Origin: Bilabrum cf. latius
Lineage: Eukaryota
DNA: 64,000 nt
Direction: 5' to 3'
Assembly: GCA_965178125.1 (NCBI GenBank)
Contig: OZ237748.1
Location: 682,001 to 746,000, forward strand
Shown here: positions 1 to 18,161 of the stretch, piece after piece
How the letters are laid out: every line of letters begins with the position of its first letter
Position numbering within the stretch: the first letter of the stretch is position 1
Notes under the pieces: model-generated
The model's input: the letters and a program-made list of their open reading frames with translations, nothing else
Databases searched by the model: none
Told to the model about the DNA's origin: nothing
Made by a program: the position numbers and the translations under genes

Positions 1-2
1 TG

Positions 3-1718
3 GACGGGTCCTCCAAGGGCTACGGGTACGTGCAGTTCGACTCGATGGAGCACGCCCAGCGGGCCATCGACCAGTTCAACGGGCTTACCGTGGATGGGCA
101 CAAGCTGGAGCTGGAGCACTACAAGCGCAGGGACCAGCGCCGCAAGGACGGGGCCAACCAGTGGACCAACGTGATCGTCTTCGGGCTGCCCCCCCAGTGG
201 GGAGACCAGGCGCTGGCGGCCATGGCCAAGCAGTCTGGCTTCGATGCGCAGAGCTGCAAGGTGGCGGTGGACTCGGAGGGCAAGAGCAGGGGGTTTGGGT
301 ACGTCAACCTGCGCTCGAACGGGGATGCGGTTGCATTCACGAGCAAGGTGACGGGGAGCATCTGGAGCGAGGACGTGGATCTCGTCAAGGCGGCGCCCGC
401 CCCTCAGGAAGAGGGCAAGGTGGCGGGGGGAGATGGCGAGAAGGCGGGGCCGGGGGGCGCAGGGGAGGACGAGGGCGAGAGCAAGGACGGGGAGGGCAAG
501 GAGGCAGCTGCTGCCCGCCCTCTGCTGGGCTCGCAGGAGTCCAGGAAGAGGGCGGGGGCTGCCGATGACGGGTCGGGGTACGTGCTGGACGCGCGGCGGC
601 ACATGACCCGCGCCGAGATCGGCCGGTAGAAGGAGGAGCAGAGGCGCAAGCTGCGGGCCTCCCGTGCCAAGAGCAACTCGAACCTGTTCGTGCGTCAGCT
701 GGACGAGGAGGTGACGGAGGATGACCTGCGGGCCGAATTCGAGGACTGCGGGCGCATCACGAGCGTCAAGGTGGCCCGGGACCAGGAGACGGGGGTGTCC
801 CGCGGGTTTGGCTTCGTGGCTTTCTCCAAGGACGAGGAGGCGCAGGAGGCGCTGCGCAAGGACCGTACCCTGCTGCGTGGCAAGCCCATCAAGGTGGTGC
901 TGCACGTGCCCAGGGACCAGCGGGCCAGGCAGCTGGCGGAGAAGAAGCGCAAGCAGGCGCAGAGGCAGGGCATGATGGCGGCTCAGGGCATGGGCATGGG
1001 CGGCGGGCCCGGCATGATGGGCGGCCCCATGGGCATGATGGGGGTGATGGGCATGCAGATACAGCCCATGATCATGCAGCGCGCCGCCCAGCTGCTCATG
1101 CAGCTCTCGCAGGAGGCGCAGAGGCAGAAGGGGGCTGCCCTGTCCATGCAGGAGCAGCAGCAGCTCATGCAGCGGGCCTTCATGGGCGCCCAGCAGGAGG
1201 TCATGCAGCAGATGTACCGCCAGCAGATGGCCATGATGCAGCAGATGCAGCAGCAGCAGCAGCAGCAGGGGGGGCAGCAGGGGGGGAGGGCCGCGCAGCC
1301 GCCGCAGGTGGCACAGGCCCAGCCCCAGGCACAGGCCCAGGCCCAGGCCGGCCAGCAGGCAGGAGCGGGTGCAGGCGCGGCCCAGCAGGCCCCCCCTGCA
1401 GTGTCCGCCTCGCAGCCCTCGTAGGCCGCCGCCTTCCTCGAGAGGATCAGGCACATGGCGCCCAACGAGCAGAAGCAGGCCATCGGCACCGAGCTCTACT
1501 CGCTGCTGCAGCGGCTCCCGTACGAGCGCCCAGCGATCAACGGGGTGGATGATCTGGAGGGGGCCATCACGGGCATGCTGCTCAATGGGTACCAGGGCGG
1601 AGACCCGGGGGCGCTCGTGGGGCTGCTGGACGAGCCAGCGACGCTGCAGAACCAGGCCAAGGAAGCTGTCTCTATGCTGGTTTCTTCTCGCGGGCTGCAG
1701 GGTGCACCTGCCCAGTGA
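3..1718 (+). CDS. PABPC: Polyadenylate-binding protein (RRMs, Q/M-rich linker, PABC/MLLE domain); 5' end outside window
   Basis: ORFs 30-629, 690-1424 and 1455-1718 share one frame and are separated only by TAG (627-629, 1422-1424). RNP1 motifs KGYGYVQF, RGFGYVNL and RGFGFVAF; PABC-like EQKQAIGTELYSLL...GAITGMLL; ends TGA. Confidence 0.9.
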
Positions 1719-2003
1719 TTCAATGGAAGCTAGCGATCTGTGCGGCAAGAGATGGATACTGGCCCAATGGTCCCATGGTTTCAATCGGCACTTGGTGTGG
1801 CATCTGGCCACGTTGCCCATGCTCTGCTCAACCAGGCCTGCAGTTGCAATCATTAAACACTGCAAGCGATATGTATTCTTATTGCAGTTCCGTACAAACT
1901 GTCCGAGTTAGTCTTGGCCCTTGGCCCTCACACTCGTACTAGAAGTAGCCCCGCAAACGCCCCAGGCCTACAGACTAGACTACTAGCAGTCGAGTGGGCG
2001 CAT

Positions 2004-6362
<4,359 letters not shown>

Positions 6363-6841
6363 GGCCCAGATTGAATCTGAAAAACTAAATTCCTTCAGTG
6401 CTACACAGGCATCTGTGGTGGATGAGTGGCTCAGAACATTGACGCGGATGCACTCTCAAATACAATACTTGGGCATTTTAGATCATCCACGAGTCGAATG
6501 CCTAACTATTAGATGACTAGGGATGGCATAACTGCAACGACACGTCCAAATAGTAGCATTTCTTGCTGAGACCAAGGTGCCAGAGTACGAAATGCTTGGC
6601 CCCAGAATCCTCGGAAAGCACCCGTTTCGCCCGAAATGCACAATACCATAGCCAAGCACAGGTATTACGAAAATGAGAGGCAGATTGGAATCATGATAGT
6701 AACTTTATGGATTGCAACTATGACTCACGCGACAAATCGAAAAATTATCTCTCGAAAAGGGTGACAAATTTCAACGACGCGGTCGTTCCTTTGTAGCGTG
6801 ATGATACTATATCGTAAGACTGATTTGACCCATTAGAGGGC

Positions 6842-8584
6842 ATGTCCTCCCGCGATCGAGTGTAGTCGCCCTCAGGAATTGGTTGTTGTAGTAGATTGTT
6901 TGGTGATGGGTCGACAGAGTGCGGCAGGGGGGTCGGGATCGGTATTATTCTTGGCCTCTGCATTACGACAGCTGTGATGATTGGGCTGCCCTCGCCCCGA
7001 GGCCATGGGTTACGAGACCGGCTGCGCGTTGAATTGGAGAAAAAAACAGAAATATTAAACTCGAAGCTCAAGCGCCGCGTTGATTAGATCGGAGAGCAGG
7101 TCAGAGAGCAGACCGAACTGCTGGCCGAGAAGGAGCCGGAGGAAGACGACGGTCACTCGATCCCTATTGCAGCACCCGATAGTCCTCTGAGTGGCTAGAA
7201 GTCGGTGCCAGTATCTAGAGGGATTTCCGGAGGGGCGTCTACCGGGCACGGTGCGAATCAGGCATCCCTGCCTGCTCCACTCGTGCTGCAGTCCGCCGCG
7301 GCGCCTTCCCGAGGCAGCGGGTCAGCCTCTATCTCGGATCTCCCAAAGGGACTGGCTGCTGGCTAGCTGTCAGCGGCTACTGCTGCGCTGCACATGCGGT
7401 TCGGCTGGCAGGGGGACTCAGGTCCATGGGCCGAGGATGACTTGCCGGAGCCGGTGCTCCCGTACGAGCTGGCGTACCCTGCTGATGCCCGGCGGCAGGC
7501 AGGCGAAGGTGACGGCGCCGAGCCCTTCCTGGACACGGATCTGCCCCTGTGGGGGATCCACCAGGAGCCGGACGAGGATTGGTTCAAGCGGGCGATAGAC
7601 AAGGCAGTGCGGTGCGAGAGGGGCGTGCAGGCAGGGGAAGAGAGTGCCGAGGAGAAGCAGGGCTCGGGGGAGTGGCCTTACAACAAGGGACACGAGTACA
7701 GGGAGGACCAGTGGCCGGGGGAGGAGGATTTCAATGATGACTTCACGCTGGTGACCACTCTGATGGACCTCAAGCGGGGCGAGGGCAGGAACGGACAGTT
7801 CAAGAGGTCCATGGGAGAGTACTTTTCCCGGTTCCAGAGAGTCATCGACAGAGGATTCAAGATGGTCATCTACATGCCGAAGGAATTCGAAAAATCCCTC
7901 CGTCTGGACCCGGGCAAGCACAAGGTGGTGCACATGACCACGGATGACCTGGAGGAGTACTTTGAGTACTACGCGAGGGCGCAGGCAGTGAGGACGAGCG
8001 ACCTGTGGGTGAGACAGGGCAAGGCGCTCAACTGGCTGTGGCACGCACCGCAGTCCCAGCTGCAGCACTACGTGCCCCTGGTGATGAGCAAGATGTTCAT
8101 GCTGCGAGATGCAGCCAGGTGGAATCCCTTTCGGTCCAGGTACCTCATGTTCCTGGATGCAGGGCACTACTGTGCGGGTGACCTGGTGCCGGGCAAGATG
8201 GGCATGTACAAGAGACACATGGAAAACGGGTTTTTCTGCACCCACTGGCCCTACGGCAGCGCCACGGAGGTGCATGGGTTCGGAGACAGGGCCTTCCACC
8301 GGTACATGGCCCAGAGGCAGGACCCCTTGCAGATCGTGAGGGGGGGCATCCTAGGGGGGACGAGGGCCAGCATCGAGTGCGTGTCGAAGGTGTACCAGAC
8401 CGCCATCCGACAGACGCTGTAGGACGGGTACATGGGAACGGAGGAGAACATCCTGGCCATCGCGCTCAAGAGGTTCCCGGGGCTCTTCGATGCATTCGAC
8501 AACAACTCGCTGGGGGGACACGGGGACAATTGCGCGTCCTTCACGGCCAATAGGCAGCGGGCCCACAAGCACCCACCGGCGTGA
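6842..8584 (+). CDS. Membrane-anchored HtrL/YibB (WlaTC)-like putative glycosyltransferase
   Basis: One frame with internal TAGs only. N-terminal hydrophobic segment VGIGIILGLCITTAVMIGL; TLVTTLMDLKRG, MVIY, YVPLVMSKMFML..AARWNPF.S.Y..FLDAG, GGILGG, GYMGTEE (after TAG 8420); ends TGA. Confidence 0.65.
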
Positions 8585-8967
8585 TTGGTGGGTGGGGGAT
8601 AGTGTAGAAGGTGAGCGTAGGGGCCGGGCGGGGGTGGGCGGACTGTGAACCCACTGGAAGGTGGACTCTGAGTTGCGGGTGAAATCATAACCATGTGATC
8701 AAAGCTCAATGCTCAATGCGTGCAGTCTGCACAGCCTGCCCGCGGCAAGCGTGTTGTGTTGGTGTTGTCGTCATCACCCCTGGTCATCACATGTGCCTTC
8801 GCCGCGGAGCAGAACCGCCACCGCCACTGGGTGGCAGTGGGCTCGGAGCCGAGCAACGATGCTTCCTGCTCTCTTGCGCACTTTAAGCTGCAATGCTGGT
8901 CTAGATTCCAGAACGAAACGCTGGATTTATTCGTCAATCCAACTAAAACTATTGTTTTGCTAAGCAA

Positions 8968-11900
8968 ATGCGACAGTATGAGGCAGAAGCAGCAGCGGGA
9001 GCACGCCACAGCACTTGGGTACGGCACGTGCAGCAGGACGAAATGAGGGGCTTGCTAAAAGCGTCTGCCCAGCATGCATCCATTGTTTTTAAATAGGATG
9101 TGACAGCTGCATCAAGAAAGGCAAGTCGGGGATCGTAGCTTGCGTTGAATCGCCTAGTTGACCCCAGATGGGCTTCTGCAACGGCCAGGCCAGACACGTC
9201 CGGCGGCGCAGCAACACCGTACGTATCTAGATTTAGTAAACGTTATTTAATGGCCAGAATGCCAAAGGAGACTGTAGCAGTGAATCCCGATGACTACTTC
9301 GACCCCAGGGTGCATCGCGCCGACGACAAGGGCCTGCCTCCCATGGACCGGGTGCGCGTGCAGCTCGACGAGATCAGGGAGAGGAAGCGACTGGCACAGT
9401 CCGGTGGTAGCAAAACATTGGACGACGTAAAGCAGGGCCCGCTGGGCACTCTCCGCAACCTGCTCCTCCGAAATGCGAACTCTCCCGACCGCCTCCCTCC
9501 CCGAGACAGGTACCGCCGCAGCATCCACGGGACTGCGGATGATCTGCCCCCCACATTCGGGCTGCCCACCAGGCCCGCGCTAGAGGACAATGCCACGCAG
9601 CATCGCGATGCACTGGGCGATGCCTCAGGCAAGGGCACCGGCAAGATGCCCCGTGGGCAGTACTACGACCCTACCGAGGAGAGGGGCGTGGCTGAGCTGG
9701 AGAGGACCATGCCGCATCGACTGAGACCCAGCGACGCCATGAGGAGATTCTCGCTGTTCACGATGCCTCCCATGAAGATGATACCGAGCTAGAAAGGGGA
9801 GAAGTGGGGCGGCGCACAGCACAGATGGACCTACTAGTAGAGCCAGGACCCTGAGGCTGCATCGCGGGCAGTGGAGTAGCCCACGCAGGCAACCGCACAG
9901 GCACAGGGTCTGTCAGATCCTGAAGGTGACGATCCCAGCAGAGACGAACCCCCTGCCAGTGGCCTATCCGGACCCTATGACGCGCTGCTGGCCTCCTCGA
10001 GGCGCCTGCAGGACTCGAGGGAGGAGCAGCAGAGGCATGCCGCGGCAGTGGCGCTCATGGGCACTGCAGGGACAGGCCCCGGGCTATTCGACATGGTGCC
10101 GCTGCAGGAGCATGTGCGGACAGGGCCCCGCGATTCGCCAGAGCAGGAGCTGCAGGACACGGCTGTAGCACACGGCGTGAGGTTCATTCTGGACGGGGAG
10201 CAGGAGCAGGAGCAGGAGATCTAGGATAAGGGGCGGGTCCAGGCGAGGGGAAGGGGTGGTGATGGTGAGGGAGCGATGGGAGGGTCCAAACGGCCCGGGC
10301 ATGCGCTGCGAGAGGCGCAAGGGTCCTCTCGAGGAAGGCCGCACGCTCGCATGTTCGATGAGCAGGCAGCCGCGATCCAGAGGAAAGAGGCCGAGAGGCA
10401 CAGAGGGAGGGGCAGGCAGGACCCCTCCCACCCGCTGCACCGCCCCAATGCCGGCGAGATAGGGACATCCGGTGTGAGCCAGCTCAACAGGAGGGGAGAC
10501 ACGAGAGCAGCCCCCAACTATGCCACGCGAGAGGGGAGCGGCATGATACGGGGCACGCTGTCGGTGGGGTATGAGGCCGTGCGGGAGGCAACAGCGTGCG
10601 CCCGTCGGTTCGGGAGCATCCTGGACACGCGGTACATGGACGATTTCGTGGAGCTGCAGATGGTCTTCATGCCCGAGTTCTACGAGCCATTCGTGGCGGG
10701 TATGCAGGGGGCCATTGGGAGCAGCTTTCACTTCGCGCCAGAGGTGAGCCCGCCGCTGTTCGTGGCGCAGATCGGCAAGTCTGTGAGCGACATGAAGAGC
10801 GAGAAAGGCGCCCGGGTGGTTGGTGGACAGGAGCAGGGGCAGGAGAAGAAGCAGGGGCGGGCGTCGACGGCTTCAGCTCAACCAGCTGCTTCTTGTTCAG
10901 GCGGTGCAGCAAATAGCAAGCCATCGAACGCTTCCAACCTTCAAGCAGCGGCAGCAACGCCGCAACCGGCACCAAACCCATCAGCCGCCTAGGGCACATC
11001 GGGTGGCAGGCACGTTACACCTGCCGCGCAGCTGTTCAAGCTTAAGGAGCTGCAAGCCACCGAACAGATGCAGGTCCTCGTGGACGAGAGGTTCCGGGAG
11101 CTTGCATCCAAAGGGGCAGAGCACGACCTGAGAACATACATGAAGTGGGGCGCTCCTGTGGAGGTAGACGCGCCCGATGACCCGCAGGAGGACGTGGAGG
11201 CCAGCAAGCTCGCGTCCAGGGTGGGGCCCAGCCGCACCCGCAAGCGGAGCCGAGGCAAGAAAAGCGCTGCACAGGAAATGCTGACGGACCGCCGCAAGCG
11301 GGTGCAGCACCTCGAGAAGGAGAGGCGGGCCATGATCCGCATGGGGGGGCCTGCTCCCGAGGACCAGAGGCCCCGCGTGTATCCCGCGCTGGACGGACAG
11401 GACGAGGAAGGGCACACGGCGCTCATGCTGGCGGCGAGCCACGGTCACCCAGCAGCCGTGCGAATGCTGCTAGGCATGGGTGCCAAGGCGAGCAAGAGGA
11501 ACAACAAGGGCAGGTCGGCTTTGGACCTGGCCCGGCTGCAGTCCAACGCAGCCTCGCTCGCCCTGTCGTTGCATGCCCAGGGGGCTGCGGACCGCAAGAA
11601 AAGGGCGGGACAGTGCGTGGTGCTGCTGGACCAGCGCAGTCTCCTCCAGTGCGCCAAGGACGGCGATCTCCGGAAGGTCCGCCGGCACATCGACCACCTG
11701 GGAGAGAGCCCCAACCTGACCAATCGGTATGGGCAGACCCCTCTGCACTTTGCTGCCATGAACCGGGACTTGCCCATGGTGCAATTCCTGGTGTCGAGGG
11801 GGGCGGATTTGGGCAGGAAGAACAACCTGGGGCAGTCGCCGGACGTTCTCCTGGGGGACGAAGAGGACCGGGAACTGAAAGAGGCACTGCTGCAGGCGGT

Positions 11901-12678
11901 GCATCGGGGTCAGGCTGAGAGAAGGAAGCAGGAATCCAGGGAGAGGCAGCTGGCGAGGGCCCAACAGGAGAGAGTCATGAAGGAGGAGAGGGCGCTGAGG
12001 CAGCTGCGGGCACTGACGCGGGGCACCACCGCGGCGAGGAGTGTGTTCCCTGCCCTGAGGGAGAGGGAGAGGGAGCGGGAGAGGGGCGCGGGCGCGGGGC
12101 AATGGGCCTCCGAGGGTTCGCCGTAGCTCCAGCAACAATCTAGCGGTGTCGCGCCCCTGCCTTTCTTGCCTGGGGGGCACCCCGAGTCTGCTCCCGACCG
12201 GGCCAAGCGGCTGGCGGCTTCTCATGGATCCATGGGGGGCAGCATGGTGGCGATGGAGCGGGCCCGATCCAAGCTGGCACACAAAGGGAGGAAGAATGGG
12301 GGTGGCATCGGGCTGCTGGGAGGAAAAGAAGATGTCTGGTCCACCGCTGGATTGGACAAGGATCCTGCCCTTCAGCTGAGCTGGACCCGGCACGCCACTC
12401 GGTTCGCAGACTCGATGGCGCGCGCGAGACAGGCACAGGTGCAGCGGAGGCGCGTGAGGGGGGCGCTGCAGGAGGGCAGGGGGGAGATGACTGCAGGGGC
12501 CACTGCCTATGTCCCCTTGGAGGGGGACCTAAGGGTGCAGCGGCAGCGGGGGGTTCTTCTGGCCACCGTGCACGCCCCCGAGCTAGAGGCAAAGAGCCAA
12601 GCGCCAGACCCGCGGGACCCAGCCTTCGAGGCGTGGTTTGCCATGCGGTTCGGGACAGTGGCGGAGGAGGACGGCTGA
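8968..12678 (+). CDS. Large ankyrin-repeat protein
   Basis: ORFs 9145, 10276, 11068 and 12166 share a frame and are joined by TAG only. Ankyrin motifs GHTALMLAASHGH, GRSALDLA, GQTPLHFAAMNRD; ends TGA. Start codon tentative. Confidence 0.75.
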
Positions 12679-12827
12679 GGGCAAAGCGTGGAAGCAAATA
12701 CTTACACAATATGCCGCTGGTTCCATCACCGTTCACTCGTCACCGTGCTGTGGACCACACCGGTGGATTGCCAATAGAAAATGCGGGAAAGCACTCTACT
12801 CGATGCATAAGGGACTAAATCTAAGGC

Positions 12828-13355
12828 ATGGAATCCGAGCAACCGGGTAATGTGGAGGACAATAGTCAATTTTGTGGCTTTCGGGGAGACGAAGCCCCGG
12901 CGCGCGTCTCGCTGGCACTCGCGGGAGCTACTTGGATGGGTGCGGTGATGTGTTTCGAAGGCGCAAGCGGGACAGAAGAGGGGGCTGAGGACCTGAGTCA
13001 TGCAGCAAGCTGGACAATAGCAACTGCTCGAGTTTTAACTATTGTTTTTTCCTGTTCAGCTATGCTGACTGCGGGTCTGGCTGCAAGACAGCGATTGATC
13101 CGATTCGTGCACTTGACGTGCGCCATGATGGCCATTGCCGCTGCCGGCCTTCTGGCGCTTGTGGCGACTAGTCGCATGCCCGATAGTATGTTAGTAAGTT
13201 TTGTGGGGTTCTCGGTGCAGCTTATAGCTTGCTCGTCCCTCCTTTACCTATCTACTCAGAAGAGAAGAGGGGCGGAGAGCAGCGGAGAATTAGTCCGGCC
13301 GCGAAAGCAAGGTGGTAGGAGCAGCCGATAGCCTCCAGACTACAGTATGGTATGA
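12828..13355 (+). CDS. Small multi-pass membrane protein, unknown function
   Basis: About four hydrophobic segments; reads through TAG 13329 to TGA 13353-13355. Confidence 0.45.
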
Positions 13356-14250
13356 ATCGCATGGGTATAACTAGACGAGGTCAAGCATGAAGGTTTGTCT
13401 CCACTGACCGGGGTTCACTGCCCAACTGCAACCGCAAGTGCAGAATGCGGGGGTACGAGCATACGCGCTTCACATCAGGCTGAGACGCCATGATGCGATT
13501 ATCATTAATTGTGTGCATAGAATAGTTGCGATTTCGCACACTGATTACATCTTAACATTAGTATCAGTCAAGGAGAGCATGTCTATTGCGTCCATCGCTG
13601 GAGTGGGCAAGACCGATTCGTGTTTTAGCTTCCTAACGACCTCGCTGAGCTCGTAGCGGACAACCTGAGTTTACAGATAAACACAATTACCTGTCTTAGC
13701 AAAGAAAGAATGCTGGCCTCTACAGGCTGGCTGTCTGTTTGTGCATCAATTAACTCATATTCATCACCGCACAAAGCGGATGATCCCAATCGTGCCACGT
13801 TCCCACGTTTTGACGGCTACAGGGGATACGGCCCGCGCACGAGTTACGGTTGCATTAAATTTAAACGAGCATGGCGATCCGACTTCATCATTGGATCATA
13901 TCGGTCGCTGCCGTAGTTGCGGTGAGACGCCAACCTGCGGCTGGACCCGTTAGCTTATGCACGCGCGATTGTGGAAACAGTACTGGCTTAAATTGCAGCA
14001 TGCGTCTATTGTACGAATTTTCGCATACCATTTTTTTCTATTCTGGCATTGCCAACTTGATTAAACGCCGAATTCCTTCGACAGAACGAGGTGACGGGGC
14101 TTGTCGTCCAGCCACCCATCGCCACCCACTACCTAGTCACGCATCAATTGCTGCCCTGCACGCGCTAGGATAATGTCATATCATGATACTAATTTCGAAA
14201 TTATTATACCCATCGAATCATGTTTAAGCCTGTTATGTCCGCAGAATACG

Positions 14251-15564
14251 ATGCTGCTACTGATGTACGCTCCCTTCGGCCCCCAGATCCACCCGAGCTT
14301 CCCCGGCGCTGATGCGCTCCGCCCCGAGACCACGTCTGTGCTCGTCCCGGCCGTCATGTCCTCTGCTTACTTGCTCTTCTTGGCCGCCACCCGCATGGCC
14401 TGCGGGCCCATCTCGGAGCGGGCCGGGCTGGACAAGGGGTCCAAGGAGCCCTCGTGGCGCGCGCATGAGGACAAGCAGGTGCACCAGCGGGTGAACAAGA
14501 CATTCGCCAAGGAGGGGCAGCGGGCTGCAGACAAGGCCGCAGAGGAGCTTGCCGCCGATCTGCCCGAGCGCACCGCAGCCAGCGTGCAGGGCCGGGCGCA
14601 GGCTATGCGTGCAGCCGCTTCCCGCGCTGTGCTGCTTCCCGAGGCCAAGATCGTGTACAACGCCTACCAGGTGCTGATGAACATCGGGATGGTGTCATTC
14701 TTCCTGTACGGTGTGTATGACATGGTGCGGGCCAGCAGGGACACTCCCGAGGGCAAGGACCTCGGGTGGGTGCAGGGCGTGCTGCAGCTCTCGCAGCCCT
14801 TCCACGTGGTGCACGGAGAGCCAAAGACCAGCGGACTGCCAGGGGGGCTGGCCCCCAGCGGCTGGCTGCGGTGGGCCTTCTGGGTGCACTACACGAACAA
14901 GTTCGTCGAGTATGCAGACACTGTGTTCATGGTGGCAGAGCAGCGCTGGCAGCAGGTGACCTTCCTGCACACGGTGTGAGTACAAGAGGAGTGATATCGT
15001 TTGGGCGGGGAGGAGGGGGAGGGGGGAGGGGGGCACAGTACGAATGCCCTGCTTTCCGCCCAGGCTGCTGTACCGTGCATATACCCGCCATCGTTCGTCC
15101 TTTCCTTTTCGTTCCTTCCTGTCTCCCGGCGCAGGCACCACTTCATGATGGGCTGGGTGTGGTGGACTGGCTGCACCATCCCCGCAGGAGCCGCTCCGTC
15201 TTTCTTCAGCGGTGCCTTCAACTCGTTTGTGCACATCGTGATGTACACGTACTACCTGGTCAAGGCGGTGACCCAGCGCGACGTGTGGTGGAAGGAGGCC
15301 GTGACGTGGCTTCAGCTGGTGCAGTTCGTGTGCGTGTTCGCACACGCTGCATTCTACATGGTCACAGATCCAGAGCACAAGATTTTCAGTAGCACGCTGA
15401 CTCTTCTGGCAGTTGGAACTTCTACCTTTATGTTTTTCCTGTTCTCGGATTTCTTCGTGAAGACGTACTGCAAGGGGAAGCGACGCGGCAAGGGAGGAAG
15501 CGATGGCCCGCGAGCGCAGCGGTCGGGATCTCGCGCGAATGCGACAAAGCCCAAGGAGCAGTGA
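14251..15564 (+). CDS. ELO: Fatty-acid elongase (ELO/GNS1-SUR4 family), copy 1; intron 14976-15134
   Basis: YNAYQV, NKFVEYADTVFMV, histidine box FLHTVHH restored by splicing GTGAGT...CAG, NSFVHIVMYTYY, TWLQLVQF, LFSDFF..TY. An upstream exon is possible (CCGCAG just before the start). Confidence 0.88.
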
Positions 15565-16008
15565 TTTCCAATCGTATTTTACAATTGACAGGCAATGCAA
15601 CTGATTCAGTCTGTTCTATCGTACCGCAACGGTTGCATATGTTGCAGCTCCGAACGAGTCCTTCGCAAACCCCAACAATTGTATTTCGTTGGACATTTTC
15701 GAGGCGTCACTTCTATTGTACCGAGTTCGGTGGATCAGTTTCGACAAAAGCAGCGGCTCGGATTTGCAAAGATGTTGAGCAGCACTGTCCAATGGCTGCT
15801 AGCTACTGTAGCTGTTGTTGCAGTAAGTCAAACAAATGTATAGAGCTCGCTTCCCTTCTGCCAAAATTACGTTCATTGGTTTTAACTGCACATGAAATAG
15901 CATGAAGTTGAAACGAAAGGAGTACTGACACAAGCATTCCCGACCCACAACGCCATACCGTACAACGACACTTCGAATGCTGCCAACCGCATCCTCCCGC
16001 AGAATACG

Positions 16009-17322
16009 ATGCTGCTACTGATGTACGCTCCCTTCGGCCCCCAGATCCACCCGAGCTTCCCCGGCGCTGATGCGCTCCGCCCCGAGACCACGTCTGTGCT
16101 CGTCCCGGCCGTCATGTCCTCTGCTTACTTGCTCTTCTTGGCCGCCACCCGCATGGCCTGCGGGCCCATCTCGGAGCGGGCCGGGCTGGACAAGGGGTCC
16201 AAGGAGCCCTCGTGGCGCGCGCATGAGGACAAGCAGGTGCACCAGCGGGTGAACAAGACATTCGCCAAGGAGGGGCAGCGGGCTGCAGACAAGGCCGCAG
16301 AGGAGCTTGCCGCCGATCTGCCCGAGCGCACCGCAGCCAGCGTGCAGGGCCGGGCGCAGGCTATGCGTGCAGCCGCTTCCCGCGCTGTGCTGCTTCCCGA
16401 GGCCAAGATCGTGTACAACGCCTACCAGGTGCTGATGAACATCGGGATGGTGTCATTCTTCCTGTACGGTGTGTATGACATGGTGCGGGCCAGCAGGGAC
16501 ACTCCCGAGGGCAAGGACCTCGGGTGGGTGCAGGGCGTGCTGCAGCTCTCGCAGCCCTTCCACGTGGTGCACGGAGAGCCAAAGACCAGCGGACTGCCAG
16601 GGGGGCTGGCCCCCAGCGGCTGGCTGCGGTGGGCCTTCTGGGTGCACTACACGAACAAGTTCGTCGAGTATGCAGACACTGTGTTCATGGTGGCGGAGCA
16701 GCGCTGGCAGCAGGTGACCTTCCTGCACACGGTGTGAGTATAAGAGGAGTGATATCGTTTGGGCGGGGAGGAGGGGGAGGGGGGAGGGGGGCACAGTACG
16801 AATGCCCTGCTTTCCGCCCAGACTGCTGTGCCGTCCATATACCCGCCATCGTTCGTCCTTTCCTTTTCGTTCCTTCCTGTCTCCCGGCGCAGGCACCACT
16901 TCATGATGGGCTGGGTGTGGTGGATCGGGTGCACCACTCCTGCAGGAGCCGCTCCGCTCTTCTTTGGGGGGTGCTTCAACTCGTTCGTGCACATCGTGAT
17001 GTACACGTACTATCTGGTCAAGGCGGTGACCCAGCGCGACGTGTGGTGGAAGGAGGCCGTGACGTGGCTTCAGCTGGTGCAGTTCGTGTGCGTGTTCGCA
17101 CACGCTGCATTCTACATGGTCACGGATCCAGAGCACTTGGTGTTCGATCAGCGCATGGCCTGGCTGGCCATGTTCACAGCAACCTTTATGTTTTTCCTGT
17201 TCTCGGATTTCTTCGTGAAGACGTACTGCAAGGGGAAGCGACGCGGCAAGGGCGGAAGCGATGGCCCGCGAGCGCAGAGGTCGGGATCTCGAGCGAACGG
17301 GACAAAGCCCAAGGAGCAATAA
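16009..17322 (+). CDS. ELO: Fatty-acid elongase, tandem copy 2; intron 16734-16892
   Basis: Duplicate of copy 1 at offset 1758 bp with the same motifs; ends TAA. Confidence 0.88.
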
Positions 17323-17411
17323 GATCCTAGACTTAAGCCCTCTCATCTGATGCATGATGATACCCATCAGTCTTTTGAGGTCATCTGCATTACAGATTTT
17401 ACCAGAGAATC

Positions 17412-17611
17412 NNNNNNNNNNNNNNNNNNNNNNNNNNNNNNNNNNNNNNNNNNNNNNNNNNNNNNNNNNNNNNNNNNNNNNNNNNNNNNNNNNNNNNNNN
17501 NNNNNNNNNNNNNNNNNNNNNNNNNNNNNNNNNNNNNNNNNNNNNNNNNNNNNNNNNNNNNNNNNNNNNNNNNNNNNNNNNNNNNNNNNNNNNNNNNNNN
17601 NNNNNNNNNNN
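17412..17611. other. Assembly gap (200 N)
   Basis: Run of N. Confidence 1.
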
Positions 17612-17612
17612 A

Positions 17613-18161
17613 GTCGTCCAACCAGGCAATGGCAGAGGAGCACGCCGCGCCGTTGAACAGGAGAAAAGGGGAGCAAGTGGCGCAAGGAGTGGAGCAGCAG
17701 CATCACTGCCTCGTCAGGACTCTGACGAAGATGAAGAGGACATCGGTGGTCGGTACCGCGCAGACGCAGCTGGAGAGCAGGACGAGGACGACGCTCCAAT
17801 GGGGTTTGAGCAGCAGGACGAGGAGGATGAGGAGCAGCTGGTTGAGGAAGAAGAAAACGACGGCCAGAACCAGCAAGACGACTCTGACAACAACAGTGGA
17901 ATGGAGGACACCGCCTTCACCGACTAGCAGCGGCACCTGGTGGACCGCATCCTTGCTGCCTGCGATGACAGCGCGATGGGCGTCAGCCGGACTCTCAAAG
18001 ACATGCGCGAGGACGTGGAGGCAACAATTGAAGAGAGGGACCGCGAGTTGGAAATGTTCGCAAACCTGATGACGGCCCTCGAGAAGACGGCGAAAGGAGA
18101 TCTCAATGCGGCAGACGTCGACGCTGTGGAAGCGCTCCTAGCAGCTTTCGGTGACGAGTGA
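17613..18161 (+). CDS. 3' part of an acidic (D/E-rich) protein, 5' end lost in the gap
   Basis: Open from the gap edge, one internal TAG (17925), ends TGA. Confidence 0.55.
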
